Shown here piece by piece: positions 1 to 13,011 of a stretch of DNA of 64,000 bases. The position numbers were made by a program, and so were the translations under genes. Where the stretch lies: NCBI RefSeq assembly GCF_000150275.1, contig NW_002060966.1:529922-593921 (forward strand), given 5' to 3'. Numbering within the stretch: position 1 is the stretch's first letter; each line of letters opens with the position of its first letter. The DNA comes from Trichoplax adhaerens. Its lineage: Eukaryota; Animalia; Placozoa. The notes beneath the pieces are model-generated. The model did not search any database. It was not told where the DNA came from and worked only from the letters and a program-made list of their open reading frames with translations.

Positions 1-596
1 TAATCATAACAACCTAAACGGAGTGATTAGAGAACGATTGTACGATGATAATCAGGCGCCATTATCAATCAACAATACACTTTAGTGATTTTGTGTTGCA
101 AATGATAGGGTGGAAAATATCGACGAAGTTAATGCTTTTCCCTGCTGTTGTACAAATTTTAATTAAATTAGTTCATTGCAGTGAATATATAATTCTTGTA
201 GATCGATCATTATTTTTCTTTTAATCATCGGTAACTTTTCGATTAACTATTTATTGAGTATTGTTGTATTAACATTTCCACAGTATAGCAGAAAAAGCAC
301 TCATTTCTATTTCTATTTACATATACATATATAAAATTTAAACGAGAAAATGTTGTACCGTAATTAAAATGAGTTAAGCTGCTAGTAAACTTTAATTTTC
401 TTTAAACGAAATTGACAGCTTACTGCAAGCTTTGCGCCAATAAGTAATATTTAATGGAAAGTAAATTGTGATTATGCCAATGGGGTCTAACGGTAGTTGC
501 AGTTAAGTTAGATTCAACTAGTCTTTCCAATGGTAGGTACATATTACTTCATAGCAAGGATGTTTCTGATCGGTTTTTACCTATTATAAAAAATAG

Positions 597-3500
597 GTGA
601 GATCCCGGTCATATCTTTAAATCTATCGTATTTATCCAATGAGAGTCCATTTAACCGTGATACTATCGAGGCTTGCGTAAAAGAGGTCCTTATGGCTCTG
701 TCAAAGTCGGTTCGAGCAAATCGTAACATAGAGTTTACATTTACGGGCGTCGGTAGACTATGCATTCGTAGCAAAAAGGTCAAAATGAAGTTTTTCAAAG
801 AGTTTATTAATTGTATGGACGGCTCTGGTCATCTGGCTCAAGCCTTGAGCAATGTAAGATATTTATAATAAAATAAGTTCAAAACATGTGACTGGTTCAT
901 GCTAATAACTAATCAACGTTATCCACAAACAGAGACCTTTTACCGCTGATTCAGTCATTTCACCCACTAAACGCCCTGGAACTGGGAATACAGTTATTTT
1001 ACCCAGGTACTACTCAGAACATAAACAAATCATTGGGATATAAATGGATATTTCATCAATTATGATACAAGCTGAAGTTAACCGTTTATTTCTTATTTCA
1101 TTTGCTGTAAATTAGATTGAATACACCCGTAGATAAAGATGCCTTAGCTCCAGAAACTAGCCGACTAACTCCAATTTCCAGGCGTTCAGTTACTTCTTTA
1201 GGCCATGTAAGTGATGGTCGAAAAAGTATGCCAATTATCCAAGAAGACATGGAGGAATTTAAATTAAACGGTATTGGAGAGAGTACTTTAGGATGAGCCC
1301 TTCATTTTCTAGTTGATATCGTTTTTATCTGACAGCTTAATAACTTTAACTAGATGAGGAAAATTTAAAGCACGATAATAAATCAAACGTTTTGAGGGAA
1401 AGCGAGATACACGGAAATTCTGATCAAAAATTGTCGTTTAAAAACAGTCCAGAAGAAATGATTGAAAATCAATTATCACCTATTAAACGTGATACGCTTC
1501 TAACTCCGAATAATTCCAGAGCCCCTTCACGGCAGCAGTCATTATCGCCTAGAGAGCAGTTGAGTCCATCAAGACGCACTAGTAATGCAAGCAGGTTATC
1601 TGTAGAAAAACCTTCCGGAAGTCGTTCTCCTTCAACAGCTAGAACTCATGTTGATAATCAGAAACCATCTGAGGATTCAACTGGCAAGCTACAAACCGAG
1701 TTTGGAGAAAAGAATGCTGTTGCCGCAGGTAAGGTTTTACTATGCCCCCATCATGGTCAAGCTGGACAAGAATTATGTTATTTGTGTCACCAGCGGGAAG
1801 CAAAGAATGTTCAAATATCTTATGCTAAAGAGAAAGCTCAAATGGATAGAGATTATGATACAATCTTACAAAAATATCAACAACAACAAGATGCAGAACG
1901 TATTACTAAAGAATTGGTAAGCACTATTATGCTTTCGGCATAGTTTATTTCATAAAGAGCCCTCAATATCGATTAGTTCACTGTACTATTTTCAGTCAAT
2001 TAGTCATTTTCTTTTACCTTGTCGGCAAATTAGAAGATTCTATTTCACACTTAAGTTTCGATTGAGGCAGACTTTAGTTTTCTTGATTGCTTTCCTGGTA
2101 CATTGTGTATTATAGGCAAAAGACAAAGCCTATCGAGACTATATTAAGCAATTATCCGAATACAATTTGAAGGCAGCCGATGTGAAAAAAGTAAGGGTAT
2201 AAGAAATTTAAAACGTTGCTAATTTAACTATCATTTTAAGGCAATTACAGTAGAACAAAAATTAAAGAATTTACCCTCTCCAAATAGAAAGCACTAAAGG
2301 AAAATGCCAGTGGTACTCCGGTAAGCCATTCCCCTAAATAAATCGTTAAATAAGTTCTTTACCTAAGTATTAGATTTATGAGATGATTTATAGAGTCTAC
2401 TTCCTTTCCAAACAATTAGAAAATGATTTTGAATCGAGCAGTTACCCCGTTACCCTACGAGAAGCAAAAGCAGTATCATTCCATGCTAGATCAACAGGTG
2501 CCATAGTGTTGAAACAAAAACAAATTTGTTTACGAACATTAAAGTTAGTTTTTACCGTCCTGCTTTGCTAATAGGTACAAGAAAAGCGTGAAAAAGGTAA
2601 AATATTAATGAAGGAGAAGGAATTTTTGGAAAAGCTGGAGCAGGCTCAACTGGCAGAAGAGTAAGATCTACAGTTGCAGAAAGTTTACTGTTCTATGTTT
2701 ATAGCCCAATGATCAGATCTAAATTTCTAATAACTGATTGTCATTAACGAATTTCGAGGAGAACGCTAATCACTATGTTACGTTACTTTTCAATCCATAT
2801 CAGCATAAAGCGAGAAGAAGAACACAAAGCAACTCAGCGCAAACAAAATTTAGAAAATTACGCAACTTGTTTGAAAACGCAGGTTACTAGCCATTTCATC
2901 CTAATTTAAAGTTGTGTAATTCCTTCCATAAATAATCTTAATAAAAATCCTTAGTATTTAAGTCCATTTTTTTATTAGCATAAAGATACCATAATATCTT
3001 CTCAATTTCTTTATCCATTGCTACTTGTATGATAATGTTTCGATTAAGTAACGTAAATTAACTTATCAAGGAAATTTGTACTATTAGAATCACAGCTAAT
3101 AATACAAGACAGGTTGTATATTGTAATCTAAATTAACCAAATTTAGATAGTTTGAACTTTGTGACTAGTTTAAATGCATTCGTAAATCATAAACATTGTT
3201 ATTTTCATCTAACGATATATTTTATCTGTGTAGATTCATGTTAGTAGTCACAGTAAAATACTTACGGGCACACAATTTAAAGTAATGCATTATTTTCTTG
3301 TTAGATGGCGAATAAGAACCCGGAGCTACCTGCAAATTATCCAAATTCGCTAACACCAGTGTTTGGAACAGATGCAGAACGTTTAAATCTTGCTGCAAAA
3401 AGGCGAAGGCGCGCTCATGAAATTTACAAGGAGCAATTAGCTTCAATTGAACAAGCTAAAAGGGATAAGATATTGCAAAAATTGCAAAGAGAGAAGGAAG

Positions 3501-3872
3501 AAATGGACTCTATTCAGAAAGCTAAAGCTGAGTTAGTTACTTAATGCCACTAATGATACCCATAACTTTTCGATTTTACACAAATTATTCACAATTTTTT
3601 TATCTGGTAGTTTAAAAGAGGAGCTAGTTCACCGCTATATCCATTCGACTGAAGCTCGCGACAGACTCGAGAAAGAATGGCAACAGCAAGCTGCACATAA
3701 GAAAATAAACGATCGAGAAGCAACTCGAATTCCTAGCCCAGATGAATTACTACTAACACAATGTGATAAATACACACGATGTTTACAATGTCAACGAAAG
3801 CCGACCAATAATGGTAAATCCAATTTCTTCAAGGACACGGTTTTCATGTCGGGTACTCGATACATAGTATAG
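597..3872 (+). CDS. CCDC81: Coiled-coil domain-containing protein 81 (5' exons not found in window); 11 exons: 597-853, 933-1006, 1116-1270, 1354-1916, 2116-2190, 2288-2320, 2420-2497, 2575-2660, 2804-2882, 3305-3531, 3611-3872
   Basis: Phase-consistent GT-AG splicing. The first exon encodes EIPVISLNLSYLSNESPFNRDTIEACVKEVLMALSKSVRANRNIEFTFTGVGRLCIRSKKVKMKFFKEFINCMDGSG, the HU-like N-terminal region of CCDC81. Internal AGQELCYLCHQR, LEKLEQAQLAEE and the C-terminal CDKYTRCLQCQRKPTNNGKSN...GTRYIV* match my recollection of CCDC81. AATAAA follows at ~3881. Confidence 0.9.
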
Positions 3873-3892
3873 AAATATAGAATAAATTTAAT

Positions 3893-5562
3893 TGAATTAA
3901 ATCACATTTGAATGGTTATGATTGGTTGGATCAGAAAGAAGAAATTTTAAATTGCATTAGAATCAGAAAAACCTGAATTTTGTATTTGTTATTGCAATCT
4001 TATTTATTATTCATTTATATTTTTAGAATAAAAATTTGTATACAGTACTTGTTATAACAAGCGCCAGTTTGATATTATTTCCATTCAACAAAATTCATTT
4101 TCATAATAGGTGCATAGCTATAGAAAGAGGCTAGACTGTAAGGGCAATATTAAAACCTATCTGTACCGATGATATTCTATTTTTTTAAGGATTTGATGAA
4201 TTTTTGTAATGGACAATTTAATAAACCTTTGATACTGTGTTAGAAAAGAGTTTTGGTAGATAAATAAAAGAAGTATCGATACAGAATTGATAGAAAGGTG
4301 TAGAGAGTAAGTAAGAGCTTTAGAAAAATGTAAATTTTATTGTCGTTATTATTTAATTCAATGTTCTAACTTTAACCTGCAATGTCAGAAAATATAAAAC
4401 ATAACAAGAATGACTGCAGATAAATACTTCATGATCATATTTAGATGGTGTATGATTTTATGAAATGGCTGTTTTCGAATAATTCCTATATAATGCAAGG
4501 TTTTGTACTGTATAGTCAATGCTCTTAATTTTAGATTGTCCGCTATCACGAATAACTAATAAATATAAACAGATAGTCCTAATCAATAAACCTGATTATG
4601 TAATTTAAAATTTAACATTACGTCTCTTCAGAACAGTTACTCTTGATAAAATTGCCACAGAGCAACTTTCGTGATCGATCCCAAATTCGTCTATCTACTC
4701 TATTTGATCTCTGGTTAAACTCCGAGGATCCTTGACAAAAGCTAACTTATTCTAGTACTACTGTTACAAGCGTATTGATAGAAATTTAGGTTAAGGATTT
4801 TATTTATTTATGGCTAGTTAGTATACGCCAGTACCAGCGTATTATAAGTTACTCTCAGTGTAACTGAGGAGTAAGTAATAATTAAAATTTTATATAATTT
4901 CCCCATATTGAACACGGCTGCCTTAATAGTAGCCTCTTACAGTATAGTTATATGATAGTATGCCTTATATATGGGGCTATTACAGTCTAGAGCACCAAAT
5001 TAAAAATAATTGTCGCTAATGAATATTAATTAGCAATGACGTATTGTTGTCCAGTCATCAAACACCACGAGATCCCCCTTTATTCTATACAAACCATACT
5101 GTAAAATTTAAAAAAATACTAATAGATATATAATAATCCAACCCAAGGGCGTTATTAATAGTATTTATTAATTACTATTTGGGGAAAATGTCTACTGCAT
5201 AACAGTCCTCAATAATCATAATATTTTTAATTACCCAGTTAAGATTTACTATCAGCCAACAAAGACAGTAACAACAGCAACCGAGCCAGTTAAAATATGC
5301 TACTTTCTATAAAAAAGTCAAATTAATTATGGATAAAATAAATCAAAATTCAAAAGTTTTCTTTATCATTGTTATAGAAATATTGAATAAAACTGACTTG
5401 TAGTAAGACATGTTATCTTACTATAAATGATCTATGTTATTGAGTACAGGAATAAATAGATCAGAATATCAAATAGCATTATGTTAATGCGCTATTAAAA
5501 AGACATAAAATTAGTCACTATTATTACAAATCAATTGAACATCAATATTATCGTGATAATAT
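3893..5562 (+). repeat. Segmental duplication copy 1 (CCDC81 3' flank), homologous to 7053-8082, with extra sequence at ~4650-5290
   Basis: Colinear matches, e.g. aattaaatcacatttgaatgg (3895/7053), ttcaatgttctaactttaa (4357/7502), aatgactgcagat (4409/7555), aaaactgacttg (5389/7910), atcaatattatc.tgataat (5541/8062). Confidence 0.85.
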
Positions 5563-7052
5563 AGCCTAATGTATTTTAATATAAATTAAAAGTCAAGTCA
5601 ATAAAATTGGTAGGCTGTCAATAAAGCTTGGATATATCCGTGAAATCTTTTGATGCATTTGGTCATTCCACATCACGCAACCCTTAACTATGAATCGGAA
5701 ATGGAGTTTTCCTTTTTTGAAAGTTTGATTTTAGATTATAATTAGAGCAACAAACTTCATTTCTAGTCTAAAAGCATAGCCCAGACTAGGTGTAAAATAT
5801 TCAATACTCGCAAGCCTAACTACGGGAAGGAATATAAAAACTCTACGCCTTGAATTTTCAAATGATCTTAAATGATTATTATATCTAGGCTATCCATGAT
5901 CAATCACCTTGCTGATTTTTAAAATTCAAGTCAATAGAATCCCGATATTTTCGGCGATATTCTTAACATTGAGGAACTAAATATGGTGTGGCACTATGGT
6001 ACTTGGCAGTCACATTAGGTATATTTAATCATATTGGATAAATTAAGCGATAAAATAATGATATAATGATAGCCAATTTATTTGTAAAATGACCATAAAA
6101 ATTCTCATTGGTCTTCTTGAATAATATGGATATAAAGGTTGGTCAAGTTATGAAATTCTTTGACCTGCGTGATAATTTACGGCCTTATAACAAATGAAAT
6201 TAAGAAAATAAATCAAAGCGCAAATTCATCTGTGTTAATTCTACAAAGATCTAGCCTTGCTATATTGTCAAAGCCGGTATATTTATCGTAGCTGAGTGTT
6301 CAATAATATTTGGCAGATTACAGTAGAACTGGGCAGATTTACAGAAATTAATATAGTTGAGTTTACTTCAAATTCATGTCAATGATGATTCACGGTAGAA
6401 TCATAGTTAATCAGCTTATTAGATTAGATTCTTAATTGGTAATCGTTACAAGTTGCCAGCTAGACTGGATGTTGTACTTAACAAAACCTAGGCATTATCT
6501 AACCAACCAGCAGTTTCTACGGTTGATTTACGAGTATTTGCAGATTCTAATACATTCTCAAGTAACCCTACTATTAAAATTGAAATTTCCATTTCTAAAT
6601 TCACTTTTATACTCCAGACTTAGTTTTCCAGCACTTGTGCAGCTCATAAATACATCTAACCCAATCGGCAGTGTAGAAATATCCAAAGTTTTATGCTTAC
6701 TGTATTAATTTTCAATTTACTAGTATAATTTAGGGCGTTGCGTTAGTGAGGAATCTGTAATATGCAAATATTGTAAATTTGCTGTAATATGGTAGCATGT
6801 GCTATATGTTACAAATTTGCGATATGTAGTATAAAAGTATGTGATTACTAGAAATAAAAGAGAGTTTTTTCGTGGTCAAACAAAAATTGTACTCGTTAAT
6901 CTTGGTCTTACTCCAGCAATAGAAGAGCCTCGTGCCTAGTCCGCCCATATAAACTAGCAGATAACATAGTACAGTACATTAGTATTTCAGTTGTATAGAA
7001 ATACAGAATAAAATTGAACTGAGTTAAATCCTATTCTGAGTAGATGTGATTA

Positions 7053-8082
7053 AATTAAATCACATTTGAATGGGTATGACTGGTTTATCCAGAAAGAAGA
7101 AATTTCAAATTTTATCGTAATGAAAAAATTTGAATTGGATATTAATTATTGCAATTTTATTTATCGCTCATTTATATTTTTAGAATGAAAATTTGGATAC
7201 AGTACTCTACTTTTAATAACAAACGCTAATTTGATCTTGTCCACAATCAACAAAATTGGCTTTTATAATCAAATAGAGTTATTTTAGAAAAATGCTACAC
7301 AAGTAAAGCAACATAAAATCCTATCTGCACCGATTATTTTTTTATAGCTTTGCAGAATTAATGGACACTTTAATATGCCTTTGGTACTGTATTACAAAGA
7401 GTGTTGGTAGGGAAAGTATGGTATCGATACAGAGTTCACTTAAGGTAAATACAGAGTAAATAAGAATTAAAAAAAACATAGCTTTTGTTGTAATTATTCA
7501 CTTCAATGTTCTAACTTTAATTTACAATGCAAGAAAATATAATAACCTAACAATAATGACTGCAGATGAAATACTTTATAATCAATCATATTTAGATGGA
7601 TTATGATTAAATGAAATGATTATTTACGAAATATTCCGATATAGAGCAAGGTTTTGTACTGTAAGGTCAACGCTCTTAATATCGGATTATCAATCATCAT
7701 AACTCATAGTAGTAAATTGATGGTCCAGGATTAATAAACATGGTTATTCAATTTAAAATTTGACGTAATATCTTTTCAACAGTAACTCTTACTAAAGTCA
7801 GCTCTCGAGTTGAAATATTCTACTTTCTATAATTAAACCAATTCAGATTAATGCCGATAAAATAATTTAAATTAGATGCTTTCGATTATCTTTTTTGATA
7901 TATTGGATAAAAACTGACTTGCTATAAGATATATTATCTTACTAGAAGACCATCAATGTTATTAATAAGGTATAAATAGAGAAGATATTTCGAGTAATAT
8001 TCTGTTAATGCACTATTAAAAAGGCACGAAATCAATCTTTGTTATTATAAATCAATTCAGTATCAATATTATCATGATAATG
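7053..8082 (+). repeat. Segmental duplication copy 2, directly upstream of the intact GNAT gene
   Basis: See copy 1. A third partial copy lies at ~9950-10047 (gacttgctatgagatattgtatcttacta...cgagtaatattatgttaatg). Confidence 0.85.
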
Positions 8083-8401
8083 TGATTGATCTGAATAGGA
8101 ATATATAAAGTATTATTCCTGCTATTCTTGCCAGAAGTCTATTGTTTTCCTCGACAGTAAATGCTAATGACCCATTACGTCGAACAAGATGATAATAGAC
8201 GCCAATTTGTGCTTAGCTCCGTAATCTCCATATGCCAACTTATCCATTTCTTGTTGATTGTATCAGCAATAAAAAATCGATAGGTAAATGCTAGAGATTT
8301 CATTAAAACAACACTTCAAAGCGATAAATCACAATAACCATTAGAATCTAAGTATAGAGAAATTTACGAATTTATGGTACTAATGCTTTAGTTTGGCCAT
8401 A

Positions 8402-9238
8402 ATGTCACAAGATTCTAACTTTGAAATTGTAACAGCTACTATCAATCAAATGAAATGGATCATTTCTATGGCTAAAGATGAAGGATGGAATCCCGGAGAA
8501 GATGATTTTGTATTTCAGTTAGCGGATCCCACTGGTTATTTTATTGGGCTATTAAATGGAGAACCAATTTGTTGTATATCTGCGACAAAATACAACATTC
8601 AAGCAGAAATGGGGTACTATGTTGTTAAAAAAGAACACCGTGGTTTAGGCTATGGTAGGGCTATCATGCAACATAGCTTGAAATACTTGAAAGGCTATAA
8701 TATTTTAATTTATGCCTTACAACATAAAATTGGTACGTATGAAACTATAGGGTTTAAAAAACATGAGGCGATGATACGATATGCAGGAATTATAGCGAAA
8801 AAAGAGGTTATTAGTGATAATATTTATTCAGCTAGAGACATTCCTCTGGACAAAATTGTAGAATATGATGCACGTTATTTCGCAGAAGAAAGGAAAAAGT
8901 TCTTAAGTGCGTGGTTAATGATTGGAACAGCAAACAGTTTCGTATATAAAATAGGAGATAACATTCGAGGTTTGGGGGCAATACGAAAAGCTCAAGATGG
9001 CTATCGTATAGGACCTCTATATGCGGAAACACCGGATATCGCAATAACTTTATTTCATCGTCTTTGTCAAGACTACGAAAACTGTAAAATCACCGTTGAA
9101 TGTCCTGCATCCAACGCCGATGCCAAAGAATTGGTGAAGAAGTTCAAGCTGGACAAAGTCTTTCAAGGTTCAACTATGTATTCGGGAGAGCTGCCTAAAG
9201 TTAATTTAAATCACATTTATGGCGTTATAACTCATTAA
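8402..9238 (+). CDS. Intronless GNAT-family N-acetyltransferase with a YitH/HolE-like two-domain layout, 278 aa from ATG 8402
   Basis: Uninterrupted ORF. N-terminal EGWNPG...DPTGYFIGLLNGEPICCISA, acetyl-CoA motif A (EHRGLGYG), C-terminal domain with YDARYF..RKKFL..W and GYRIGPLYAE. The ORF-track start at 8393 is TTG; the first ATG is at 8402. Confidence 0.9.
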   Translation: MSQDSNFEIVTATINQMKWIISMAKDEGWNPGEDDFVFQLADPTGYFIGLLNGEPICCISATKYNIQAEMGYYVVKKEHRGLGYGRAIMQHSLKYLKGYNILIYALQHKIGTYETIGFKKHEAMIRYAGIIAKKEVISDNIYSARDIPLDKIVEYDARYFAEERKKFLSAWLMIGTANSFVYKIGDNIRGLGAIRKAQDGYRIGPLYAETPDIAITLFHRLCQDYENCKITVECPASNADAKELVKKFKLDKVFQGSTMYSGELPKVNLNHIYGVITH

Positions 9239-10081
9239 AGTCTACTAGTGTCGCTTATTTTGTTTGCAAAAATGTAAAAATATTTCTAGTTATAGCTTTC
9301 TATGCCTTCTTAATTCTAGTTAACACTGTACCCAATGGATGTAATACTTCATCTACATGATAAATAAAGGTTTCAGAATCTTTTTCGATTAGATTTGATT
9401 TCATGATATAAGTGTTTTCAAATGGTTCCAACCAGTAACGATATTGACTATGTGAATATAGTCAATACTGTTGCTATCGGATTGTGAAGCTATTTTGGAT
9501 AATTTTATTACCGATAATATCTATCAGTGGGTGATTGATGATTCAGTAAATACGATTGTTTCATTCAAATTTGTTTTACACCTTCATTTTTGATATAAGG
9601 ACTGAAAACTTACTTTTCAATGTATCAATTCAAATCACGGAGACTAGTCACACGTTTTTTTCTAACAACTAGATCGTGCGTAAGTATTCTTGCTATTTTT
9701 TAATGCTCATCGTCTTCCATTTTAGTGTCTATACTAAAATTCAACTGAATTGGAGCTACGTATTACTTGAGTGCAATGCAATATTTCTGTCGTTCTTAAC
9801 CATTATATCTGTAGTGAGGCTGTTAGGCAAACTGTTGTTGTCAATTTGTTAAGTAGAATAACTCAGATATAGCTTAAAAACGATACTAAAATCTAAGGCT
9901 GTTGACTATAATAGGCATATATAAGTAATGTTGGTGATAAATCAAGTAGGACTTGCTATGAGATATTGTATCTTACTACAGGACGAGTCATGTGATTAAG
10001 TATAGGAAAATACAGATCAGATATATCGAGTAATATTATGTTAATGAGTTATCCAACAGAAACTCTGGATTGCTCTAAGAA

Positions 10082-10206
10082 TTGAATCCTGGAGTAGACG
10101 ATATTATAGTTTAGCTACCAGATTCTACAGGCTATTTTATTGGGCTATTAAAATAGAGAACCAGTTTATTGTATATTTTGAAAAATTACAGTTTTCAAGC
10201 AAAATG
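10082..10206 (+). pseudogene. Decayed fragment of a GNAT paralogue
   Basis: Translates LNPGVDDIIV*LPDSTGYFIGLL versus WNPGEDDFVFQLADPTGYFIGLL in the intact gene. It has an in-frame TAG and then a frameshift, and is preceded by a copy of the same upstream flank. Confidence 0.85.
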
Positions 10207-11749
10207 GAAGGATGCATATTCCACGTAACGAAATACATTTAAAGAAAATTCACAGTTAGATTCACTTGCTACATACGCTTCTTTGATATAATAAAGGCAT
10301 ATCATAAATTTTGTGAAAATTGCATATTAACGGCTAGAACTGCGATTACAATACTGAACAGAGAGTGTACATTGATCAGTAATAAAACACAATTTAGTAT
10401 CAATATAATATCCTTGTAACACAACCTGTTCTACAAACTGTAATTAAAGTGTAGTTCACACAAGTAATTTTAGAATAGCAGATTTTATTACTGGTTCTCT
10501 ATCGATTGAAATACTGTGTAGATAATAGTACAACAAGCTCAGACAGACAAGGAAAACTTTCTACAACAGCAGATCTTAGAAAAGAAGGACTAAGAACAAC
10601 AATGACAGAAAAGTGTAGCTGCTTGTATATGTTATCTAACTTGTTTATAACATGATAATTGCGAAAAACATTAATTCAACACTTACAGAACTTAGTATAA
10701 GAATAAAATTATATGATTATGTTCTACGAAGCTGAAATCAACATACTTGCATTATCACAAACATTACTTATATATATACCTATTATTGTTAACAACCCTA
10801 GATTTTGGTATTATTTTATGTCTAATTCACTTCTACGTAACATGTTGACAACAATAGCTTGTCTAACAGCTTCTCTGCAATCCTGTGCTAGTTTTAGCCA
10901 TTAATGCGAGCAAAACTGAATAATAAATTATTGTAAATGTCATCGGCAAGATGGTAGATAATGAGCTAATCTAAATTAACAAGGACCTTACGCCAAACTT
11001 CTTTTACAAGTCCATTAGTTCTCCAGCGATATGTATCAAACTACAAGATCTTTCAAGTTAACCAAATACTTTAAATATACGCTTATATGAAATCATGAAT
11101 CAAATTCAATTACATCGGTTTCATTTAAACAGCGGCAATCGGTAGTATACGTATTGATAAAGTAACGTGTTGCCGCCGATGATAGCAACGGATTTAGCAT
11201 TTTGTTGAGTAGGGAGAATGTTACCATGCGGCTGAGCATAGACTAGTCGGGGCAACTTGAAGAAGGCTGAACGTGTATGATCGATGCTTTTCAAAATAAG
11301 AAAACAAGTTACTCTAGTTTCTTGCAAACTTTATTACATCAATCTCACAATGTAATAAGATACATGTGGAATTATTCTCGTACATTATTGCACTCTTAAT
11401 CTTAGCTACAGTATATCTGTAACATAAGTCGACAAGGCGATATTAATAACGCTAGTCGTCGTATACTGTTTCTTAAGATAAGTGGTACAATAATATACAT
11501 GATAGACGTAGAATAGAGCTACAATGCGAAAAATCAAGCCATAAAATACCGCAACAAAACAAGTGAAATTTTGTAGAATCTATCCATTTTTGAGGAATTA
11601 ATTGGTATTGATGGCGTCAGACAAATTTTATTTCAGTGTAATAGCCTAGTTAGGTAATATTGCACGAGATACAATTTTGGATGCATGGAGCTGTGGAAAA
11701 GTTATTTTGAGTTATGACCTTCAATGGCCGAATAACACGTAGCGTTTTA

Positions 11750-12865
11750 TAGTACTGATTTCAAATTTTTAAAATCAGTAAAGCGATCCATCATTTGTAG
11801 CCTAGATATATCATAACCCCATTGTTGATTTTGAAAGTCCATAACAGCACCTATTCATCTCTAGTATAATCGCATAGTCATCTAAAATCGCACGAGATGT
11901 CTAATCTCGGCATTACTGTGGAATAGGCAGCTTGAGCTAGTACCAGCAATCAGCGATCGAATGAAAGAGTTGGATGACATTGACTCGAACATTCAAAATT
12001 AGCAAAGCGATTCATCATTTATGGCCTAGAGGTGTTATAATCCCTTTGCTGATTTTGAAAGCTCAATTCTATAATAGCACGTATTGATCTCTAGTGTAAT
12101 CGCATAGTCATGTAATACCATATGAGCACCTATTAATTTGTAGCATAATCTCATAGTGATGTAGTATCCTACGAAATAAAATACTGTCTAATCTTGGCAT
12201 TCCTTAGGAATAGGCAGCTTGAGCTAGTACCAGCAATCAATGATCGATTGAATGAGTTGGATGATATTGACTCTAACTTTCAAAATCAGCAAAGTCATTC
12301 ATCATTTATAACTTAAAGATGTTCTAACCCCTTTGCTGATTTTGAAAGCTCAATTGCATAATAGCTGGTATTGGTCTCGAGTGTAATCGCATAGTCATGT
12401 CCTGTAATAGTATAGGAGATAAAATACTGTCTAATCTGTGCATTACTGTGGAATGGTTAGCTTGAGCTAGTACCAGCATTCAGCGATCAACTGAAAGAGT
12501 TGGATGATATATATTGACTCTAACGTTGAAAATCAGTAATTTATATATTATATATCAGTATATAAGGCATTACCAGCAATCAGCGATCATCTGAAAGAGT
12601 TGGATGATATTGACTGTAACTTTTAAAATCAGCATAGCCCACAGATGTTTTAACCCCTTTTACTGATTTTGGAAGCTCAATTGCTTAATAGCTCGTATTG
12701 ATCTAGATCTAGTGTAATCGCATAGTTTTATACTACCATCAGAGATAAAATACTGTCTAATCTCGGCGTTACTGTGGCATAGGCAGCTTAAGCTAGTACC
12801 AGCATTGAACAATCAACTGAAAGAGTTGGATGATGTTGATTCTAGCGTTCAAAATCAGTAATTTC
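11750..12865. repeat. Tandem array of ~240-330 bp units with an internal inverted repeat
   Basis: Anchor ctt(g/a)agctagtaccagca at 11931, 12218, 12461, 12787. Perfect 18-bp inverted pair ctttcaaaatcagcaaag 12277-12294 / ctttgctgattttgaaag 12331-12348. Confidence 0.9.
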
Positions 12866-12979
12866 TATATTATATCTGCGTATATATATATATAGATATA
12901 TATCATATAGAGAGAGATATAAATAGATATGTATATTACATATAATATATTATTATTATATATGAGTATATACATATAC

Positions 12980-13011
<32 letters not shown>

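Noticed and set aside
577-798. Minus-strand 73-aa ORF
   Set aside because: Antisense shadow of a CCDC81 exon. The same applies to 3222-3446, 8832-9044, 14308-14538, 17500-17911 and 61808-62047 over their respective genes.
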